Origin: an uncultured archaeon
GTDB lineage: Archaea > Asgardarchaeota > Jordiarchaeia > Jordiarchaeales > Jordiarchaeaceae
Assembly (NCBI GenBank): GCA_964510585.1
Contig: CAZECW010000146.1
Location: 17,841-49,840, forward strand
DNA: 32,000 nt
Direction of reading: 5' to 3'
The notes under the pieces are model-generated. The model saw nothing but the letters and a program-made list of their open reading frames with translations, did not search any database and was not told the DNA's origin. Position 1 is the first letter of the stretch. Every line of letters starts with the position of its first letter. A program made the translations under genes and the position numbers. This document shows, piece after piece, positions 25,656 to 32,000 of this stretch.

Positions 25656-26603
25656 TCAGTATCTCATTTTGTTTATTATCTGGTCAATTTTTCGGGATAT
25701 ATCTTCAAGGTTTTGTCTGAGTTCCTGAGTTTTAGTTCTGTATTCTTCCTCTGTTATTAGGCCCCGCATACGGTCGAACGCAAGGTCTCCGAGTTTTCTT
25801 TCTAGGTCGGATCTCTGGATTTCGAGTTCACCTATTTCCGCAGTTAAATCATCCAGAGAAGTTCTTGGTTCGGAGCCGGAATCCTCGATGGTTGTAAGCT
25901 CTTCGTCCTCCACTAATGGAATGGTGGGAATCTCTTCCTCAGATTTGATTTCGGTTTCTTGACTTCTTGCCACTGAGGGGGCTTTTTCCTCCTTTATCTC
26001 TTGCGTTAATATGTCCATTGCGTCTTCTTTCACTCTCTCTGGTTCGGTTTTCCCTAATTCTTCGGGAGTGGAGATTTTCGCAGCCGCAGATTTTGAGGTA
26101 TCTTCCATTGTTGATTCAGATTCTAGTTTCTCTTCGGTTGAAGGTAGAACTTGTTCTAATTTACTGAACAATGCTTTTATTTTCTCTTCAGTTATTTTCC
26201 TTTTTGTTGCTTTTTCTTTCGGCTCCATAACGGTGATTGTTTCTGGACTTGTTTGGGTGCTGCTGGGGATTTCTACGGAGGTGGGTTTAATGGAATCCGG
26301 TTCTGTGACTGGTTTCTCCTGTTGGGTTACAGCTATTTTGGGCGATTCCGAGGCTTTATTTAACATTCCTTCGAGATTTTTAACTGTTTCTGAGAGAAAA
26401 GTGATATCGTCTTCGAGTTTATCGATTTTTCCTCCCAGGTCTGCAACCACACTTACAACCGAAGCTTCAAGCTCATTAAGTCGGTCTCGAATCATTTGTA
26501 TACTTTTTATAATAGTACGGATGGGGGGCTCCACGCTTTCTTGGATGGTGTCCTTAATAATTTTGGCGAGTATCTCTCTGATTGCTGACTGCTTTTCACC
26601 CAT
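25656..26603 (-). CDS. Hypothetical protein: N-terminal coiled coil, acidic disordered linker, C-terminal coiled coil with GLITEEEY (SHOCT/CdvA-like) motif
   Basis: Heptad patterns at both ends. E/S/T/P/K-rich middle. GAGGATG SD-like element upstream. Confidence 0.7.
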   Translation of the reverse strand: MGEKQSAIREILAKIIKDTIQESVEPPIRTIIKSIQMIRDRLNELEASVVSVVADLGGKIDKLEDDITFLSETVKNLEGMLNKASESPKIAVTQQEKPVTEPDSIKPTSVEIPSSTQTSPETITVMEPKEKATKRKITEEKIKALFSKLEQVLPSTEEKLESESTMEDTSKSAAAKISTPEELGKTEPERVKEDAMDILTQEIKEEKAPSVARSQETEIKSEEEIPTIPLVEDEELTTIEDSGSEPRTSLDDLTAEIGELEIQRSDLERKLGDLAFDRMRGLITEEEYRTKTQELRQNLEDISRKIDQIINKMRY

Positions 26604-26934
26604 TGCGTCACATCCTCTAAATAATTAGTTATGAATTGAAACCTTAAAAATGAATCTGTATTTACATCACTCCATGATTTTTAAAATTTAGAATTTTTTG
26701 TATCATATTACCATATATAAATATGTATTTTCCAAAGATTTGGTGAACAGTGTTTTTCGCTGGCAAACTGTTTCTTCTGTGTTTAGTGGATATTACAAAG
26801 AGATTACAAACAGAATTAAATACGAAAAACTATGAATTTTTGAATACCTGTGGAACGTACACCATTGTTCCAAACACTTAAGATAATTAGCTTCTCCCAC
26901 CTTGGAAAAAGTGAAAATATTGGGGGAAGAATTT

Positions 26935-28323
26935 ATGGATGTATCAAAAAAAATTCCAGTCAAACATGTTACACTCTTTTCAAACGGAGTATCAATAGTA
27001 GAGCGGCAGGGATCTTTACCCGTAAAGGAGGGAATACTTTATTCACTTGATTTGGACCTGGACGATCTAAACAATGTGCTAAGAACAATAATGGTTATAG
27101 ATCTCGATGGCGGAGCAGTAAAGAAAATACAATATGAGATTTCAGGAGATGGATTTGGAGCACCAGGCGCAGGGTTACAAATAGACTCCAATAAAGCCCT
27201 ATCCAGCATCATTAAAGGTTCCGTAAACGAGGAAACAAAAATAGTAACTAAGAGTGGGGAGGAGATCACAGGCCGCATTCTAGGCTCAGAGACCAACGGC
27301 CACCTAATAATTACTAATGATTCAGTGGAACGAACAGATGAACTCATTTTACTAACAGAAGAGGGAAGCATAATCAGACTGCCCATGAATGAAGTCGACC
27401 AAATTATACCTAGTAAAAATATTATCAGGAAAATTCGCCAAAGCCAAACACCAAACAAAGCTAAGGCAACAATAGGTTGGGAACTGGATCCTGGCAACGA
27501 TGGAAAAGAAAACCACAATCTAATTATTAGGTACCTGCAAAGGCTGGAAAAATGGGACATGATATACCATATCCACGAGCTTAATGGCAAATTCATACTC
27601 TACGGCTTCGGCGTGCTCACAAACCCCACAACTGAGGATTGGAAGGATGTTTCCATTGACTTGGAGGTAGGAACCGCCCCTGAATCACAGACTCAGATTT
27701 ACTCGCCAAATATAAACTTTAAGGAAGCAAATAAAGCTGAAACACCACTAACAAAACAAAACTTAATTTCATACAAGTACAATATTTCTGAACCCCTAAA
27801 TATCCCAAAAATGTCTTCAGTCCTGATTCCCATAATACAAGAAACAGTGGAGGGGATTAGAGAATACTTCTGGAACACATCCGAATCAAAGCCCACCCTC
27901 TTCCTGAAAATCACAAACACAAAGGACCTAGCCTGGGCCCCCGGCTCTGTGGTCTACTGGGAAAAAGCACAATTCACCAGCGAAGGAAGAATCGAGTTCA
28001 CCCCAGTAAATGAGGAAGCTAGAATCCGAATAGGCTATACCAACGATTTGATTGTCAAAAAAGAACAAGAAAAAGTGGAACTCAACGAAAAAGAAACAAA
28101 CGAAGGTTACACTAAAAAGTATATCACAAAATTCAGAGTAGAAAACACGAGACCAGAACCAGTGATCTTATGGGTAAAAGATAAACCTCCAGAAGACACA
28201 CAGCCACAAATCATAAATGCTACACACAGCCCCAAAAAAGATACCGAAGGCTACCTCATCTGGTTGCTATCTCTAAATCCAAAAGAAAAGAAGGAAGTCA
28301 CCATCGAATACGCATACAAATAA
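26935..28323 (+). CDS. DUF4139/DUF4140 family protein
   Basis: IPVKHVTLFSNGVSIVE, NNVLRTIMVIDLDGG, LTNPTTEDWKDV, LAWAPGSV and C-terminal LNPKEKKEVTIEY. ATG at 26935 is preferred (GGGGGAAG upstream). Confidence 0.75.
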   Translation: MDVSKKIPVKHVTLFSNGVSIVERQGSLPVKEGILYSLDLDLDDLNNVLRTIMVIDLDGGAVKKIQYEISGDGFGAPGAGLQIDSNKALSSIIKGSVNEETKIVTKSGEEITGRILGSETNGHLIITNDSVERTDELILLTEEGSIIRLPMNEVDQIIPSKNIIRKIRQSQTPNKAKATIGWELDPGNDGKENHNLIIRYLQRLEKWDMIYHIHELNGKFILYGFGVLTNPTTEDWKDVSIDLEVGTAPESQTQIYSPNINFKEANKAETPLTKQNLISYKYNISEPLNIPKMSSVLIPIIQETVEGIREYFWNTSESKPTLFLKITNTKDLAWAPGSVVYWEKAQFTSEGRIEFTPVNEEARIRIGYTNDLIVKKEQEKVELNEKETNEGYTKKYITKFRVENTRPEPVILWVKDKPPEDTQPQIINATHSPKKDTEGYLIWLLSLNPKEKKEVTIEYAYK

Positions 28324-28852
28324 AATCCACACCACTTTTTAATTTTGCTATAACAACGCCAATTGGACCCTTCCACCAAAACATTTAGGAAATGTTTAGA
28401 AAGCTGGAAAAGTTTACGCCAAACTAAGTAATCAATGACTGCGATATATTCTTGTTTTCAGCCTTAAGGCTCCCAGCTGAGAGAGAAGGAAACCCATGCA
28501 TTGTTTAATGAACTTTCTGGAAAGCAAACCATAATCCTTACGAGTAAAGCGTTGTTACCACTTAAGGAGAGTAAAATGAGTATATATGTCCATGGGAGAT
28601 TCTATTTTTGTCTGCAAGAATACCTATGAAAAAACACAAAAGATTTTAACGTTTTCTCGTCTTTTAGTATTTGAAATATCGTTAAAATATTTAGATAAAA
28701 ATCTTCCACAGAAACTTGCTGATCATAACCATTGTTAAAAATCTAAATTTGAAGAGAAGATCGTTAAAGTGATGCTTTCTGCTTGCAAACAGTTTATATT
28801 TAATTTCACTCATTATTTGTCAGGATTATAGTTTAGGAGAGTTAGAGCAACT

Positions 28853-29761
28853 TTGCATGGGAAATATACAAAGTATAAAGACAAATTGGTTAAAGCGTTA
28901 AAGGTGGGTGATACTGAAGCAAATATTGATTTCTTAGTTAATGCTTTCCTTGAATCCATGGAAGAAGTCTGCGAGCGTTGTATGAGTAACAGAATGATGT
29001 GTGCGCTTCGCCCTGCATGTCCAAATCGTAAATTTTTAAATCTTTTAATTAGATTTGGGGTCGACTCTAAGGATTTGCCAAGTTTCTGTTACGAGCAACA
29101 AATTAGTAACGTTAATACTTTTTTGGAGGGCAGCTCTAAAGCAAAAATTATTGATACTACTCTTCCGATAAAAGAATTTTTGAAACTTCTCTCAGGAGGG
29201 GGCGAAAGACTAATGGGTCCGCTGCGTGAAAAGGACGCTAAAAAACTCTCGAGAGAACTGTTCATAGAACTTAAGAGAGCTACCCCAGATGTTTTCATAG
29301 CTGAAGGTGAGGATTACATCTTAGCTTTGGTAGATGAAGGAATTTATTACTTTGACCTTATAAATGAAGTAGTTATTATTAATCCCCGCGACACAATTAT
29401 AAAGTCAAATGAAATGGTACGTGACTTGATAAATATTTTTGGGGAGAGGTATAAATTAAATTTGGAGTTGAGGGAAGAATTTGAGGGCTTGTGGTATTTA
29501 AATGTAGTTATACCAGTGAAAGACTCTCAAAATGTTGAAATGGAAAAAATTAGGAGGGTTTTGAAGGAGCAGGAACAAAAATTTTTGCTTTATACTGATT
29601 ATGTTTCCTATTATTTTTCAGATGACACTGTCAATTTTGTTCTTGAAATAAAGACTCCAACTGTCCAGCAGAAATTTGATTTAACATTCAAAAGAATAAG
29701 CAGTATCTTTGCTCAGATTAATAATCTCGTAAAAGAAATCAGCCAGCCACCACAAGCTTGA
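28853..29761 (+). CDS. Hypothetical protein with N-terminal Cys cluster
   Basis: 302-aa ORF. C-x2-C-x6-C-x5-C...C motif. AGGAG upstream of the TTG start. Confidence 0.7.
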   Translation: MHGKYTKYKDKLVKALKVGDTEANIDFLVNAFLESMEEVCERCMSNRMMCALRPACPNRKFLNLLIRFGVDSKDLPSFCYEQQISNVNTFLEGSSKAKIIDTTLPIKEFLKLLSGGGERLMGPLREKDAKKLSRELFIELKRATPDVFIAEGEDYILALVDEGIYYFDLINEVVIINPRDTIIKSNEMVRDLINIFGERYKLNLELREEFEGLWYLNVVIPVKDSQNVEMEKIRRVLKEQEQKFLLYTDYVSYYFSDDTVNFVLEIKTPTVQQKFDLTFKRISSIFAQINNLVKEISQPPQA

Positions 29762-29853
29762 AATAATTTTCCTTAAGCGTTTAATATCTTCATCGTAAAT
29801 TAACTTTTAAAATTCTGATTCAAGTTCATAAAATACTTAACAAGGTGTTGGAG

Positions 29854-32000
29854 ATGGCAGCATCATTAAACCAAAAAGTCATGGAGTATGTAGGACTGAG
29901 TGAAAAAGAAGCCCAAATATATGGAACCATTCTACTTTACGGCACCCTCACACCCGGTGAAATAAGCGTATACACCAAACTCCCTATAAACAAAGTTGAA
30001 ACTTTACTTGAAAAACTGGAAAAACGCAAAATCGTCAAAAAAATTCCCGGGGTAGTGGTAAGGTATTCTGCAGCCCTCCTCTTTAAGCCACTCGAGGAAA
30101 CCCTAGAAAAATTTAGAAAAGAAGCTGAAAACTTCAGAAAAAGTATAAACCAAAAATTTAATGAAACTCTGAAGGAATTTGAAAACGCATTAAATGTTTG
30201 GAAGCTTGATGTAAAAACAATAATTGATGCCGAAATTGCCAAAATTAGTAATGAAAATATCGAAGCAGCCAAAAACTTTGAGCAAATTTATACTCAAACC
30301 TCTAAAACTTTAGAAAAAGAAACCGAAAATAGAATAAAAGAAATATCCGATGCAATTGGAAAACAGTCTGAACTCTACAATGACCGTATTTCTCAATATG
30401 AAAGCAATCTAAGCTATGTTCTGGACACACAAATTGGGAAAAGTGAAAAGGATAAAGAAATAACGGAAAAAGGCCTCATAGAGAAGCTCAACAGCAACTA
30501 CAAGTACTACATAGGCAGTATTCAGTCCCTAAATAAAAGTATTCAGAGAAAATTGTCGGAAAACTCTAAAACACTTTTAGAAATCCAAAAACAAATGAGG
30601 CTTAAAAATATAGAATTACTCGAAAAAGGTTCAGCTAGATTTGTTGAGCTGGCAAGTGAAACTAAAAACGAGGCATTTTCTGTTCTGGATAGACATCAAA
30701 GCACTTTTTCCACCGACGTGAAGGAACTTCTGCCTTCCCTAGATAGGAGCTTCCAAGATATAATAAAAGTTAGGGAGGGGAACCTGAATCTATTCTATGA
30801 CAATATCGAGAAGTCTATCTTGGAAAACGCCATAAACAATGCAAAAAGGCTCTCCAACTTCCATCTCTCGGCCAGCAAAGCCCTAAACAAATTGTATAAA
30901 TCACAAGAAATCAGCGTTCATTCAACATCGGGAAAATTAACCGAACTTGTAAACACGGGATATAATCGTGCACTCTCAGTCATTGAGAGAGTCAGTGGAT
31001 CCATCAATGAACACCTAAACACACACATAAAAGAACTCAGCAGAGAATACAGAGAATTCCAAACAGAATTCATAAAGACTTTAGACGCCGAAAACCAAAA
31101 TTTGATAACCACCAGCGAAAACCTCCAAAAATACTACACCGATGCCCTAGAACAGCAACTCAACATAAATACTCAAACAGCTTTAACTTTAAAAGACAGA
31201 ATAAGAGAATCACTCACAAAAACCACCCAAGAAATAAATACAACATTCACAGACATCCAAAACAATATTCACGATACACTATCATCAGAAATCGTAACAC
31301 ACAATAATGATCTAGAGGGTTTGAGGGGTGCTATTTTTTTGTTGCTTGATGATTCTAGAGCAGGCCTAATAAGCTCCTCCCAAAGAGTTTCAGAAAGCAT
31401 ATTTCAGAGCATTGATTTGGAAGCAAAGGGATTCGAGAGCAAAGTTAAGAAGATACGGGAGAAGTTCTCTGAAACCCTAACCTTCAACCTGGAGAAGGTG
31501 GGGAGGGAGGCGGAGAGGTTCAAGAAGGAACTTGAGAAAACCCTGGCAGAGAGAGCAGCCAGTATGGAGGACTACGCCCAGAAGGCCAGGAAGCAACTAG
31601 CCGAAGTTATAAGCAGCAGGCTTGACCAGATGTCGGCCGGCTTCGAACTCCTACAAAAGCAATCCACAGACATAATCGAAGCAATAGCCAAGAGGCTCAG
31701 CGAAGCGGCCAGCGAAACCAAGGAAAACATCGCCAGAGCCACCAGCAGCCACCTAGAGTCCTTCAAAAAAGACGCCGAAGAACTAAACCTGAGCATCGAA
31801 GAAGCCCTAAACCAAAGAATCTCAGAGCTCCAGGCCCAAGTAAAGGGGGTGAAGGAAAGCTTCCTCAGCACCATCGACGGAGAAGTCTCCTCCATAAACC
31901 AAACAATGACCAAACTCTTGGAGGAGGAGGAAGCCGCCCTGGACCAGCAATCCAAGTGGATCAGCCAACTGGCACACGAGCTGGACGCCAAGATAGCGGA
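29854..32000 (+). CDS. TrmB-type winged-helix N-terminus fused to a very long coiled-coil/helical region (3'-truncated, >715 aa)
   Basis: Translated by hand from the ATG at 29854 and open to the window end. GLSEKEAQIY...G-x-L-T-P-G-E-I...L-x-x-L-E-K-R-K-I-V is a TrmB-like HTH, followed by heptad-rich sequence. Missing from the ORF track because no stop lies in the window. Confidence 0.85.
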   Translation, partial: MAASLNQKVMEYVGLSEKEAQIYGTILLYGTLTPGEISVYTKLPINKVETLLEKLEKRKIVKKIPGVVVRYSAALLFKPLEETLEKFRKEAENFRKSINQKFNETLKEFENALNVWKLDVKTIIDAEIAKISNENIEAAKNFEQIYTQTSKTLEKETENRIKEISDAIGKQSELYNDRISQYESNLSYVLDTQIGKSEKDKEITEKGLIEKLNSNYKYYIGSIQSLNKSIQRKLSENSKTLLEIQKQMRLKNIELLEKGSARFVELASETKNEAFSVLDRHQSTFSTDVKELLPSLDRSFQDIIKVREGNLNLFYDNIEKSILENAINNAKRLSNFHLSASKALNKLYKSQEISVHSTSGKLTELVNTGYNRALSVIERVSGSINEHLNTHIKELSREYREFQTEFIKTLDAENQNLITTSENLQKYYTDALEQQLNINTQTALTLKDRIRESLTKTTQEINTTFTDIQNNIHDTLSSEIVTHNNDLEGLRGAIFLLLDDSRAGLISSSQRVSESIFQSIDLEAKGFESKVKKIREKFSETLTFNLEKVGREAERFKKELEKTLAERAASMEDYAQKARKQLAEVISSRLDQMSAGFELLQKQSTDIIEAIAKRLSEAASETKENIARATSSHLESFKKDAEELNLSIEEALNQRISELQAQVKGVKESFLSTIDGEVSSINQTMTKLLEEEEAALDQQSKWISQLAHELDAKIA

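Noticed and set aside
1647-31991. Many short antisense or alternate-frame ORFs in the track (e.g. 1647-1967, 9121-9510, 16981-17454, 17098-17577, 20609-21052, 26011-26628, 31572-31991)
   Set aside because: They overlap well-supported genes and have low-complexity composition explained by the opposite strand's codon bias. No motifs or SD.
1-32000. tRNA, rRNA, CRISPR, transposase, integrase, intein
   Set aside because: No cloverleaf/T-loop signature, repeat-spacer array, DDE/tyrosine-recombinase motif or intein splice motif was seen by eye. The TopoIB catalytic Tyr domain is not an integrase.

Overview
Archaeal chromosomal window. Evidence: Mer, cupin-type PGI, topoisomerase IB, BRE/TATA promoters and GGAGG ribosome-binding sites. 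A TACK/Asgard-type anaerobe is inferred but cannot be proven from this window. The core (3.2-17 kb) is a C1/electron-bifurcation neighbourhood. It has a minus-strand hdrA::mvhD - 8x[4Fe-4S] FwdF-like polyferredoxin - hdrC - hdrB run followed by a winged-helix ORF. Next come two Lrp/AsnC regulators that both carry Cys substitutions in or beside the effector pocket, then a hypothetical + degenerate MetF-like pair, a hypothetical + F420-dependent mer, and an intact metVF. The left flank has a PurM/AIR-synthase-like (methanogenesis marker 2-type) gene, a small C2CH zinc protein, fused guaA and a nitroreductase. The right half has an M28-PA-PKD peptidase, DUF169, pgi, a SNAP-like helical-repeat protein, TopoIB, a ThiF/MoeB E1-like enzyme, an XRE regulator, a Cys-rich microprotein, coiled-coil hypotheticals, DUF4139 and a truncated TrmB-wHTH/long coiled-coil gene that the ORF track missed. 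I saw no tRNA, rRNA, CRISPR array or mobile element. All family calls come from motif recognition by eye; no searches were run.
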